Source of the DNA: a virus
DNA length: 40,589 bases
Direction: 5' to 3' (one strand)
IMG/VR virus record: IMGVR_UViG_3300020215_000039
In this document: positions 33,277-40,568 of the stretch, in pieces
How positions within the stretch are numbered: position 1 is the first letter of the stretch
How the letters are laid out: each line of letters opens with the position of its first letter
The notes under the pieces: generated by a model
The model's database searches: none
Told to the model about the DNA's origin: nothing
Seen by the model: the letters and a program-made list of their open reading frames with translations, nothing else
Position numbers and translations under genes: made by a program

Positions 33277-33708
33277 TCATAGCTTGTGGCGAATCAAATT
33301 TTTTCCTTCTAGTGCCTGAATTCTCTTTTCCAATTGGTCGAATTTCTCAATAATTCTGCCTTCTAGTCTATAGATTAACGCCTTAATATCTTCCACTTCA
33401 CTGTCCTCCATTGTAGTAGCCGTCTTGTCCGAGGATGCCCGACCTTGCTGTAAATTGTATTTTTCCTTTGCTTTTATTTCGTCCCGTATCGCATTTAGTG
33501 TTTTAAATACTTGCCCTAATTTTGGTGGTATATCACCATTTTCTTCATCTAGCCATCTGTAGATTTGTCGCGGCTTAATATCGAGTTTTTCTGCAATATA
33601 AGAAATTGATTCTGTCCTATTAATGTCTTTTTTTAAGATCAATAAATCTATAACGACTTCGATTAACCGTCGGAGATTATCGCTTCTAGTGTCTATTCTC
33701 TTATCCAT
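33277..33708 (-). CDS. HTH repressor candidate (CI-like role)
   Basis: 143 aa. HTH-like ISYIAEKLDIKPRQIYRWL plus a C-terminal coiled coil. Divergent from a strong + strand promoter. Confidence 0.65.
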   Translation of the reverse strand: MDKRIDTRSDNLRRLIEVVIDLLILKKDINRTESISYIAEKLDIKPRQIYRWLDEENGDIPPKLGQVFKTLNAIRDEIKAKEKYNLQQGRASSDKTATTMEDSEVEDIKALIYRLEGRIIEKFDQLEKRIQALEGKNLIRHKL

Positions 33709-33730
33709 TTAAAAAAGTCATAAAAAAGAC

Positions 33731-33759
33731 TTGACTTATTTTTGTCCTATTGCTATACT
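33731..33759 (+). promoter_or_regulatory. Strong rightward promoter (TTGACT-17-TATACT), PR-like
   Basis: -35 at 33731-36, 17-nt spacer, -10 at 33754-59. Lies 23 nt from the repressor start codon on the opposite strand. Confidence 0.6.
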
Positions 33760-33773
33760 TTATATGTAGCATC

Positions 33774-33791
33774 AAAGTTTCACAAAACTTT
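33774..33791. promoter_or_regulatory. Operator candidate palindrome AAAGTTT-caca-AAACTTT
   Basis: 7-bp inverted arms just downstream of the predicted start site. Confidence 0.3.
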
Positions 33792-33819
33792 AACCCTTGG
33801 AGGCCAGCCACAAAGTGAA

Positions 33820-34077
33820 TCATTCTTTAGAAAAAATCTCATCCACAACCTTTTTCTTTTTAGTTTCTAGTTCTTTTAAAACTCTGACCCCCTCATGAAG
33901 ATCAGCAAACGCATGGAAGAGATCAGTCATCGCCTTAGTAAGGAATGTGACATCCTTGATAAGTCCACGGTTGTCACGCCGAGTCAATTTAAGCTTCTTG
34001 TAGAGGCTGTACAAATGCTTACGATCGCTCTTAAGAACACTCGCAGTGGGATTTCTAAATCCACGAACTTTATTCAA
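33820..34077 (-). CDS. Alternative antisense ORF (85 aa, TTG start)
   Basis: Natural-looking sequence, but only a TTG start, a weak SD and no obvious promoter. Confidence 0.25.
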   Translation of the reverse strand: MNKVRGFRNPTASVLKSDRKHLYSLYKKLKLTRRDNRGLIKDVTFLTKAMTDLFHAFADLHEGVRVLKELETKKKKVVDEIFSKE

Positions 34078-34107
34078 TATACACCAAAATTTCTTGAAAG
34101 AAGATGA
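33895..34107 (+). CDS. Hypothetical 70-aa protein (Cro-position); mutually exclusive with 33820..34077(-)
   Basis: Lies between the + strand promoter (33731) and the terminator (34219). ATGA-coupled to a possible 27-aa leader ORF (GTG 33815, GGAGG 33799). Confidence 0.4.
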   Translation: MKISKRMEEISHRLSKECDILDKSTVVTPSQFKLLVEAVQMLTIALKNTRSGISKSTNFIQYTPKFLERR

Positions 34108-34218
34108 GCTATTGCAAATTAAATAAGGCCGAATAAATATATGAAAAAACCCTTGGAACTGTCATTTTTCATTTTAATGGACGGATCGTTTCCTTCCAAG
34201 GGTTCCGATCTGAAAAAT

Positions 34219-34260
34219 AAGCCGAGTGCCCTCCCGGGGTATTCGGCTTTCCATTTTTTT
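34219..34260. terminator. Bidirectional intrinsic terminator
   Basis: Stem aagccgagtgccc / ggggtattcggctt of about 13 bp with G-U pairs. T7 run downstream on the + strand and a tttttc run on the - strand. Confidence 0.6.
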
Positions 34261-34328
34261 AAGGAACATTTGAGGAATCAATGAAGCTAGGGTTACAGAT
34301 AATACTAAATATACAAGGATGAAACAAT

Positions 34329-34526
34329 ATGAATAAGGAAAACAAAGACTTTTACACAATCCCGGTATTGGCGGAAATGTATAGCATTTCAAGGAATACG
34401 CTATACAAATACGTTAGATCAGGGAAAGTAAAAAGCGAGATAATCGGTGACAACATAAGGATAAGAAAGGAAGATTGGGACAAATTCAGAGCGGAATCAA
34501 GAGAGGCATATTTCAGGAGGCATTAA
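34329..34526 (+). CDS. Excisionase/MerR-type HTH DNA-binding protein (Xis or Cro-like)
   Basis: 65 aa. FYTIPVLAEMYSISRNTLYKYVRSGKV is typical of HTH_17. Confidence 0.75.
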   Translation: MNKENKDFYTIPVLAEMYSISRNTLYKYVRSGKVKSEIIGDNIRIRKEDWDKFRAESREAYFRRH

Positions 34527-34528
34527 TC

Positions 34529-34663
34529 ATGACCTTAATGGACGCATTGGCAACAAACGAGCGTTACGTGGAGTGGTTAGATAGGAACCCAGGCGGATCA
34601 TGGGATGAGTTTGTTGAGGATATGGAAGTTTACGCAGACAAAATCTCGGATATGGACCGATGA
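34529..34663 (+). CDS. Hypothetical acidic small protein (44 aa)
   Basis: AGGAGG lies 8 nt upstream. In frame with track ORF 34475..34663. Confidence 0.55.
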   Translation: MTLMDALATNERYVEWLDRNPGGSWDEFVEDMEVYADKISDMDR

Positions 34664-34740
34664 AGTTGATTTTTCAAGCAATAGCCGGAGCCGCTTTGTT
34701 TTACATCACCGTATGGAGCTACTACGTATTGTTACCTTAA
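34660..34740 (+). CDS. Tiny hydrophobic peptide (26 aa)
   Basis: ATGA overlap. Sequence MKLIFQAIAGAALFYITVWSYYVLLP. Confidence 0.35.
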   Translation: MKLIFQAIAGAALFYITVWSYYVLLP

Positions 34741-34754
34741 TAGGGGGTTAAACG

Positions 34755-34919
34755 ATGACGACGCTAGAAATGCTGAAACGAATTGACATCATCCTCGGAA
34801 AACAAAAAGAGTATTTAGCACAGAGAATTAAGGAAATCGACAAGGAAATCGAAAATCGCACTAAGAGCATTAAAGAGTTTGAGCAGGAATTGCAACGGGT
34901 CCATTCGGGATTACTATGA
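34755..34919 (+). CDS. Small coiled-coil protein (54 aa)
   Basis: GGGGG lies upstream of the ATG. ATGA overlap with the next ORF. Replaces antisense track ORF 34748..34966. Confidence 0.5.
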   Translation: MTTLEMLKRIDIILGKQKEYLAQRIKEIDKEIENRTKSIKEFEQELQRVHSGLL

Positions 34920-35185
34920 ACGAATTGCTCATTATTTTGCTGATGGTCGGTTATGGAATGGTGCAATACTCAATTGCTATGTTTGCGCTTAAGGCATATA
35001 GGAAATACCGTGAAAAGCGCCGGGAAGCCATTATTAAGCGTGAGACAAGAAAGATGATTGCTCAGATTAAGCTAATTAATGCCATCGCTGAAAAAGTAGC
35101 TCAATCAAGACTTACTGGCAGCGCAAGAACAGGATATATCGCAAACCTGCTGCAAGACGAGCAGTTAGACGTTGAATTGAACTGA
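34916..35185 (+). CDS. Membrane-anchored small protein (89 aa)
   Basis: Track ORF with a hydrophobic N-terminus. Confidence 0.7.
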   Translation: MNELLIILLMVGYGMVQYSIAMFALKAYRKYREKRREAIIKRETRKMIAQIKLINAIAEKVAQSRLTGSARTGYIANLLQDEQLDVELN

Positions 35186-35349
35186 TGGAAGCCATTATTC
35201 AAAGTGGACCATGGATGCTAATAATCGCCTGTATTGTAATCTCAATCGCTTCGTTTATTGGATTGATTTGGTGGGCCAAAGGCATGATTGATGCTGAATG
35301 CAAGTTATCCGCGGAGTGTGTTGCAAGAAATTTTAAAGAAATCGAATGA
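35185..35349 (+). CDS. Small membrane protein (54 aa)
   Basis: Start overlaps the upstream TGA. Contains PWMLIIACIVISIASFIGLIWW. Confidence 0.45.
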   Translation: MEAIIQSGPWMLIIACIVISIASFIGLIWWAKGMIDAECKLSAECVARNFKEIE

Positions 35350-35432
35350 AATGCGAGCTATGCAGTGTGGAACTTAATTCATCGGAATATCAACTTTGCC
35401 ACACTTGCCAAGCCGCAGTCGGAGGACACTAA
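35346..35432 (+). CDS. Tiny zinc-ribbon peptide (28 aa)
   Basis: ATGA overlap. Motifs CELC...CHTC. Confidence 0.35.
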   Translation: MKCELCSVELNSSEYQLCHTCQAAVGGH

Positions 35433-35433
35433 A

Positions 35434-35643
35434 ATGGAACACGAAATAATAGAAGCATTAGAACAAGTAAAACTAAGAACAATAATCTTAGAAGCAGAAT
35501 GCGAAAAACTCCAAGATCAAAGCTACAAGGTGCAGATGCTTTCAGAGAAAATAATCAAGGAATTAGACTTGATTATTGCAAGGCAAAAGAAGGAAATCGA
35601 TGACCGTTTGGTCGAAACTTATAAACACGCGGTAGGAGAATAA
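35434..35643 (+). CDS. Coiled-coil protein (69 aa)
   Basis: GGAGG lies 8 nt upstream. In frame with track ORF 35365..35643. Confidence 0.6.
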   Translation: MEHEIIEALEQVKLRTIILEAECEKLQDQSYKVQMLSEKIIKELDLIIARQKKEIDDRLVETYKHAVGE

Positions 35644-35645
35644 TC

Positions 35646-36254
35646 ATGGTATTCGTATTAAACGGGAAAAGGAAGGTGGAAACAATGGAGCCAATTATAG
35701 CAACCGAGGGTTCAAAGGTATATCAATTAGCGCCGGCCGGCACATTTCAAGCGGTTTGTTTTGGAGCATGGGATATTTACTGGCATAAAAACAACTTTGG
35801 AACGGTACAGCGTAAAGTCGTTGTTGGGTGGGAGATATCCGAAACGATGTCAGAGGGTGAACAAGCCGGGAAGCGGTTTTGCGTTTATAAGCAATACACT
35901 CTTTCCTTAAATGAAAAGGCAAATCTTCGAAAGGATCTTGAATCGTGGAGAGGGAAGGCATTTACGCCGGATGAGCTGAGAGGCTTCGATATTACAAAGC
36001 TTGTCGGTGCAAACTGCATGCTTTCAATCATTCACACAGAAAAGGGACCCAAAACCTATGTCAACGTGACTTCGGTTGCCCGCTTAATGAAGGGATTAAC
36101 TCCGATGAAGCAAGAAAACGTTGGAATTACCCCAAAATTGGTTGAAGTCTTGCGCGAAAAAGCGGCCTCTAACTCTGCAAACAAGCCTGAAGACATTCAT
36201 GACGAAGAGGAAGCCCCGGCAGCCGATGGAGAGGATAGCGATATTCCTTTTTGA
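35646..36254 (+). CDS. SSB-like protein with an acidic C-terminal DIPF tip (possibly DUF669-type)
   Basis: C-terminus DEEEAPAADGEDSDIPF matches the bacterial SSB tip motif. Alternative start at 35685. Confidence 0.55.
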   Translation: MVFVLNGKRKVETMEPIIATEGSKVYQLAPAGTFQAVCFGAWDIYWHKNNFGTVQRKVVVGWEISETMSEGEQAGKRFCVYKQYTLSLNEKANLRKDLESWRGKAFTPDELRGFDITKLVGANCMLSIIHTEKGPKTYVNVTSVARLMKGLTPMKQENVGITPKLVEVLREKAASNSANKPEDIHDEEEAPAADGEDSDIPF

Positions 36255-36263
36255 GGATATAAC

Positions 36264-37037
36264 GTGAAGATCGTCAATAAATCAAATATTCCAGATTCCT
36301 TATTTCGTTATCTTGCAATGGATTATTATGACTACGAAATTAAAGGGGATTCTTTTAGCGCCACCGAATTATTAAATCCTATTCAAATGGTTGTCTTGAA
36401 AAGACGTCATTGGGATGAAATTGAAGTGGATGCGATTGATAAAGTTTGGAGTGTATTTGGCGATGGCGTTCACGGTAGATTGGAAAAGGAACCCGGGATC
36501 GAAAAGATTGAACGCTTAAAGGTAACCGTAGAAGGTCGGGAAGTCAGTGGCAAATGGGACAGAATCTTCGAAAACGAGATTACTGACTACAAGGTTACTT
36601 CAGTGTTTACATATATGTACGGAAGTAGAAATAAAGAATTTATGTTGCAGCTTTCTATCTATAGATGGCTTTATTTCAAGGTAAAGGGAGTGTTGCTAAA
36701 CGAAGTAGGAAAAATCGTTGAAATCTTTAGAGATTGGGCTGAACGGGATAAAAAGAAAAAGAATTACCCGCAAAGGGCGGCAGAGGAAGTTAAATTCAAT
36801 CTTTTATCGCCAGAACAAACAGAGCAATTTGTTACCAATAAAGTTAGGGCTATTATCGAAGCAGAAAAGTTATCTGACGATAAACTTCCCCGATGCTCAG
36901 ACGAAGATCGCTGGTACAAACCATCTACTAGAACTTATGGTCGCTGTGCGAAATACTGCGATGTTTCAAAGTTTTGCCATCAATTTAAAAAAGAAAAAGA
37001 AATGGAATCTATTGAATGGGGAGTGGAATTAGGATGA
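36264..37037 (+). CDS. PD-(D/E)XK Cas4-like exonuclease with a C-terminal Cys cluster
   Basis: 257 aa, GTG start. Motifs GKWDRIF...EITDYKVTS and C-terminal C..(18)..CAKYCDVSKFC. Confidence 0.7.
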   Translation: MKIVNKSNIPDSLFRYLAMDYYDYEIKGDSFSATELLNPIQMVVLKRRHWDEIEVDAIDKVWSVFGDGVHGRLEKEPGIEKIERLKVTVEGREVSGKWDRIFENEITDYKVTSVFTYMYGSRNKEFMLQLSIYRWLYFKVKGVLLNEVGKIVEIFRDWAERDKKKKNYPQRAAEEVKFNLLSPEQTEQFVTNKVRAIIEAEKLSDDKLPRCSDEDRWYKPSTRTYGRCAKYCDVSKFCHQFKKEKEMESIEWGVELG

Positions 37038-37378
37038 ACGAGTTTTTTGATACTAACAGAGATCTAACATCGATTGAGGCTGTGCTTCAACAGCTTGTCC
37101 CGATGCTTGGAGATGCTAGAGAAGCATTTATGAATTCAGAGGCGGAATACGACAGGGCATATTCATACAAATTACTAATGACGAAGGCTCAAAACCCTAA
37201 ATATACTCAAGCGCAGCTCGAAGCCGAAGCCATTGTTGGCACGCACGATAAGAAGCTTGATTGCATTAAAAAGGAAAGCGCCTACAGGAGAATTGATGAC
37301 AAGATCAGACTATTAAGGGACAGAATCGAAGTATTAAAAGAGAAATCTTACAACTTAAGGACAGAAGCGAAGATCTAA
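37034..37378 (+). CDS. Hypothetical coiled-coil protein (114 aa)
   Basis: ATGA overlap with the nuclease gene. In frame with track ORF 37016..37378. Confidence 0.65.
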   Translation: MNEFFDTNRDLTSIEAVLQQLVPMLGDAREAFMNSEAEYDRAYSYKLLMTKAQNPKYTQAQLEAEAIVGTHDKKLDCIKKESAYRRIDDKIRLLRDRIEVLKEKSYNLRTEAKI

Positions 37379-37644
37379 TGACTGATTTGGAACGGGTCCG
37401 GCAATATATCGAATCAAAAGGCCAAGTTAAAACTTGGGACTTTGAAGATTTTGTCCGTGAGCTTCCGCTTGAATATAAAATGACCGCGGAAAGTGCAGCC
37501 AGACATGCCAGAACGCTTGCAAGTAAAAAATTGATTAAGCATCCAATAAAGATGGGCATTATTGACCGGCATACTTGGGAGTGGGTCGGTGAAAGAGAGA
37601 GTGCTTACACATTTGATCATACTGGACAGGGGGTCTTATGTTGA
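37378..37644 (+). CDS. Winged-helix-like small protein (88 aa)
   Basis: TAATG coupling. Confidence 0.65.
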   Translation: MTDLERVRQYIESKGQVKTWDFEDFVRELPLEYKMTAESAARHARTLASKKLIKHPIKMGIIDRHTWEWVGERESAYTFDHTGQGVLC

Positions 37645-37808
37645 AAAGAAAAATGTTTAGAGATTGCCGCCAGTTTAAAGCAATTGAAACAGAAAGACAG
37701 TTTCCTCCATGCGACGCAATGAAAGACGGATTTATTTGTAGCCGAAAAAAAGGTCATAAAGGCAAGCATCATGCCCATTCATTTGAGTATTGTTGCAAGG
37801 TTTATTAA
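37638..37808 (+). CDS. Small Cys/His-rich protein (56 aa)
   Basis: Overlaps the upstream stop. Sequence MLKRKMFRDCRQF...CSRKKGHKGKHHAHSFEYCC. Confidence 0.4.
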   Translation: MLKRKMFRDCRQFKAIETERQFPPCDAMKDGFICSRKKGHKGKHHAHSFEYCCKVY

Positions 37809-37810
37809 TC

Positions 37811-38023
37811 ATGCTTATCAAATACCAAGTCATCCCAGGATTCGATAACTACGGAATTACACATGAAGGCACAATTTATCGCCTGGATAAGATGAGAGAG
37901 CTAAAAGGCAGAGTGATTGCATTGTCACAGAATGGTAAGCCAACTTGGTTTTGGAGAGCGAAGCTAGTCAAAAATTTTTTGTCCGGCAATGTCACAAAAA
38001 TGAGACATAAATTAGACAAATAG
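37811..38023 (+). CDS. Stand-alone NUMOD4-like protein (70 aa)
   Basis: YQVIPGFDNYGITHEGTIYRL matches the NUMOD4 N-terminal motif of HNH homing endonucleases. No HNH domain follows. Confidence 0.5.
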   Translation: MLIKYQVIPGFDNYGITHEGTIYRLDKMRELKGRVIALSQNGKPTWFWRAKLVKNFLSGNVTKMRHKLDK

Positions 38024-38026
38024 TAC

Positions 38027-38239
38027 ATGACAATTGAGCAAATAAAGAAAATAGCTCTTGAATACGCAACCAAGGGTCCATCAGTTCTTGCTCAAGATCT
38101 TGGAGTATCAAGACAGGCCGTGAACGAAGTGGCTAATAGGTTAAGAAAGAACGGGGTTAATATTCCGGTTCTCAGAAAGTATGTTTCATATAAGAAGATA
38201 GTTGCGGAGTTAAAACAAGAACGGCCAGATTTGTTTTAG
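38027..38239 (+). CDS. HTH DNA-binding protein (70 aa)
   Basis: Motif SVLAQDLGVSRQAVNEVANRLRKNG. Confidence 0.65.
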   Translation: MTIEQIKKIALEYATKGPSVLAQDLGVSRQAVNEVANRLRKNGVNIPVLRKYVSYKKIVAELKQERPDLF

Positions 38240-38250
38240 AGGAGAAAATT

Positions 38251-39054
38251 TTGTCTTGGATCGAATTTCATGCAACACGGATAATCAGGCTTAAGAAGTT
38301 TCACGATTTACGCAAAGAGATGGGATGGTCAACAGCAGAGTGTTTGGGGAATCTTGGGTTATTCTGGGGTCAAACGTTGGAAGTTTGTGAGCAGGGCGAG
38401 GTTACTGGCTGGACAGGCGAGTACCTCGCAAGCCTCATGGGTTTCGGGACGCAGGTTTCAGAAAAAATGCTTAAGGCTCTGGGTACTCACGGATGGTTCG
38501 ATTACAGAGGTGATCGGGTCTTTGTCCATGACTGGATAGACTATGCCGGTAGCTTTTTGCGTGGAAAGTACGCAGGAGACAATAGAGAAAGACTGGTTGA
38601 AATATGGGCTCTCCATGGGCGTACCTATGGGAAACCAATTGGTAACCAATTGGAAACCAATAGTACCTTACCTAACCATACCTTACCTAACCTAACCAAA
38701 CCTAATAAACCTCTCTTCGTTCCAACCGCAAGCGGTCTGGAACTGGCAGAGCTGTTAAAAGTCTTGATTCTTGTCAATAACCCTACTGCTAACATCCCCA
38801 AGGATCTCAACAAGTGGGCGTTAGAGGCCGACAAGATGATGCGCCTTGAAAAGCGGCCGCTAGAAGAGGCACGCCGGGTAATGGAGTGGTGCCAGCAGGA
38901 TAGTTTCTGGAAGATTAACATACTGTCGATGGGTAAGTTTCGTGAGAAATATGACCAGTTAAAACTCAAGATGGAGGCAAAGAATGCAAAAACTCAAGGT
39001 AATACCGCCGGACTTAAAACAGCCGCAACCGTCTGGGACAATCAATACGACTGA
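38251..39054 (+). CDS. Replication initiator / replisome organiser candidate
   Basis: 267 aa, TTG start with GAGGAG upstream. Directly upstream of the DnaC-like loader. Contains iteron-like DNA repeats internally. Confidence 0.6.
   Translation: MSWIEFHATRIIRLKKFHDLRKEMGWSTAECLGNLGLFWGQTLEVCEQGEVTGWTGEYLASLMGFGTQVSEKMLKALGTHGWFDYRGDRVFVHDWIDYAGSFLRGKYAGDNRERLVEIWALHGRTYGKPIGNQLETNSTLPNHTLPNLTKPNKPLFVPTASGLELAELLKVLILVNNPTANIPKDLNKWALEADKMMRLEKRPLEEARRVMEWCQQDSFWKINILSMGKFREKYDQLKLKMEAKNAKTQGNTAGLKTAATVWDNQYD
38633..38711. repeat. Iteron-like tandem repeats (candidate ori) inside the initiator gene
   Basis: Three 11-bp units aaccaat(t/a)g(g/t)n at 38633-38665, including two CCAATTGG palindromes. 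Then two copies of taccttacctaacc (38664-77 and 38679-92) and further cctaa units. Confidence 0.55.
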
Positions 39055-39745
39055 CGATTTTGAGCCGGTTTTAACGCCAGAGCAGGAGGAGCAAAACCGT
39101 TTGTGGGACGAGCGCCGAAGGAAAGAGCATTATGATTTTCAACTGCGATCCGTTGGGATTCCGTTACGGTTTATGGGCAAGACGTTCGACGATCTAACCG
39201 GGATGTCGGACAAGATTATCACTTGCAAAAAAACCGTCATGGACGAAGGGCAGAGCTTGTTTCTGACCGGTGGTCCGGGAGTTGGCAAAACCCATATTGC
39301 CGTTGCTTTGACAAAGTTAATGTTTGATAAGCATAAAAAACGCGCCCAAGAACGACAGGAAGAGTTGCGTAAAAATGGTGACTATAGATTAGTTTCCGAT
39401 ACGCCATCAGTCGCATTTCTCCCCAGCGTTGAGTTGTTTTTGCTGCTTAAACACAGCTTCAACAGTGATTCTGTGTCCGAGTTAGAAATCATAGAAAAAT
39501 TCTCGAAAAAAGACTTTTTGGTGATTGATGACGTTGGATCTGAGAAGGTTTCAGATTGGTCCAGACAGGTGTTTTACACGCTGATTGATCGCCGTTATCG
39601 AGATATGAAACAAACGGTCATCACGAGCAACTTAGACTTAAAAGAGATAGCAGACGTGATCGATTCGCGTATCGCAAGCCGGATCAGGGAGATGGGAGCC
39701 GTTGTTAAGATTGATTCAACCGACAAGAGACTAAAACCGAAATGA
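38984..39745 (+). CDS. DnaC/IstB-like AAA+ helicase loader
   Basis: Walker A GGPGVGKTH and Walker B FLVIDDVGSE. Confidence 0.85.
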   Translation: MQKLKVIPPDLKQPQPSGTINTTDDFEPVLTPEQEEQNRLWDERRRKEHYDFQLRSVGIPLRFMGKTFDDLTGMSDKIITCKKTVMDEGQSLFLTGGPGVGKTHIAVALTKLMFDKHKKRAQERQEELRKNGDYRLVSDTPSVAFLPSVELFLLLKHSFNSDSVSELEIIEKFSKKDFLVIDDVGSEKVSDWSRQVFYTLIDRRYRDMKQTVITSNLDLKEIADVIDSRIASRIREMGAVVKIDSTDKRLKPK

Positions 39746-39888
39746 CCTGGAAGACCCTTCGGCGCTCCATTTGTTGCAATGCTGTATGCTCACTTGATTT
39801 TGAGGACGTTTCTAGATGCTCCAAGTGCCGAAGGCCGCAACCAAAGAAGGAACCAACATATCAACCGAGGAGAGACATCGACGAATGA
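39742..39888 (+). CDS. Small zinc-ribbon protein (48 aa)
   Basis: ATGA overlaps with both neighbours. Motifs CCNAVC...CSKC. Confidence 0.4.
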   Translation: MTWKTLRRSICCNAVCSLDFEDVSRCSKCRRPQPKKEPTYQPRRDIDE

Positions 39889-40202
39889 AAGAATCAGATA
39901 TTTATTTGCCAGCGATTCGTTGGTTATGTGGTCAGCCGAAAACAAAGGCATGGATTCACTGGAATAACGCTATTTATCTACCGAAGCCAGGGATCTGGAA
40001 AAGAAAAAAAGGCCATGAAGATGGTATCCCCGATATCTTAGGGGTAAAAAATGGCCGGCCCTTCGCATTCGAAGTAAAGCGCCCCGGGAATAAACCAACG
40101 CAAGCACAGATTAACTGGATGCAGAGATTTACAGAATGTGGCGGTATCGCATACGTTGTGAATACTCTTGAAGACATTGAGTGTGCGTGGTCAGAAATAT
40201 AA
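39885..40202 (+). CDS. VRR-NUC domain nuclease
   Basis: Motif GIPDILGVKNGRPFAFEVKRPGNKPTQAQINW. The start may instead be ATG 39816 (track ORF). Confidence 0.75.
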   Translation: MKESDIYLPAIRWLCGQPKTKAWIHWNNAIYLPKPGIWKRKKGHEDGIPDILGVKNGRPFAFEVKRPGNKPTQAQINWMQRFTECGGIAYVVNTLEDIECAWSEI

Positions 40203-40226
40203 AACTAAAACGAAAGGAGATGATAA

Positions 40227-40568
40227 ATGACAGCAATCGCAGAAGTGTATAGACGGTATGAGCATCTTGATTCTATTCTATCCAGATTTGACTTCAATGG
40301 TAATCTTCAAATGAAAATGATTAAGGATATGTGGTTAGCAATAAAAGAGACCCTACCAGAGTTTGAAGTCACAGTGACTTACAAGCGAATAGATGAAAAT
40401 GACGTTCTTAAAACATACACCATTACCCATAATGTTCATGCCTTACATAGCACTGATGCGGAAAAAAAGGCAATGGATATCGTCAATAAACTAGGAATCC
40501 ATAAAGCTCTAGATGCTACTGCTTCTCCGGTTCAAGTCAGAGACTTAGCTACCGAGGATTATTTGTGA
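40227..40568 (+). CDS. Hypothetical protein (113 aa), spans the contig junction
   Basis: SD AAGGAG. Its last 106 nt are duplicated at 1-106. Confidence 0.75.
   Translation: MTAIAEVYRRYEHLDSILSRFDFNGNLQMKMIKDMWLAIKETLPEFEVTVTYKRIDENDVLKTYTITHNVHALHSTDAEKKAMDIVNKLGIHKALDATASPVQVRDLATEDYL

Noticed and set aside
34174-34392. 72-aa minus-strand ORF
   Set aside because: It spans the bidirectional terminator and the start of the excisionase-type gene. The sequence is Cys/Phe-rich and looks like a shadow frame.
8593-38539. Out-of-frame + strand ORFs nested in large genes (8593..8865, 12631..12897, 17262..17483, 21890..22150, 26822..27115, 36718..37032, 38354..38539, 39779..39967), and all minus-strand ORFs inside the 5.4-30 kb and 34.3-40.6 kb + strand blocks
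   Set aside because: They are nested within long ORFs that have recognisable motifs or strong synteny. No SD or promoter signals were seen for them. Their compositions are typical of alternative-frame artefacts.
39816-39884. Longer VRR-NUC start at ATG 39816
   Set aside because: This one is not firmly rejected. The ATGA-coupled pair 39742..39888 (zinc ribbon) plus 39885..40202 fits the genome's coupling style and the usual VRR-NUC domain size, so it is preferred.
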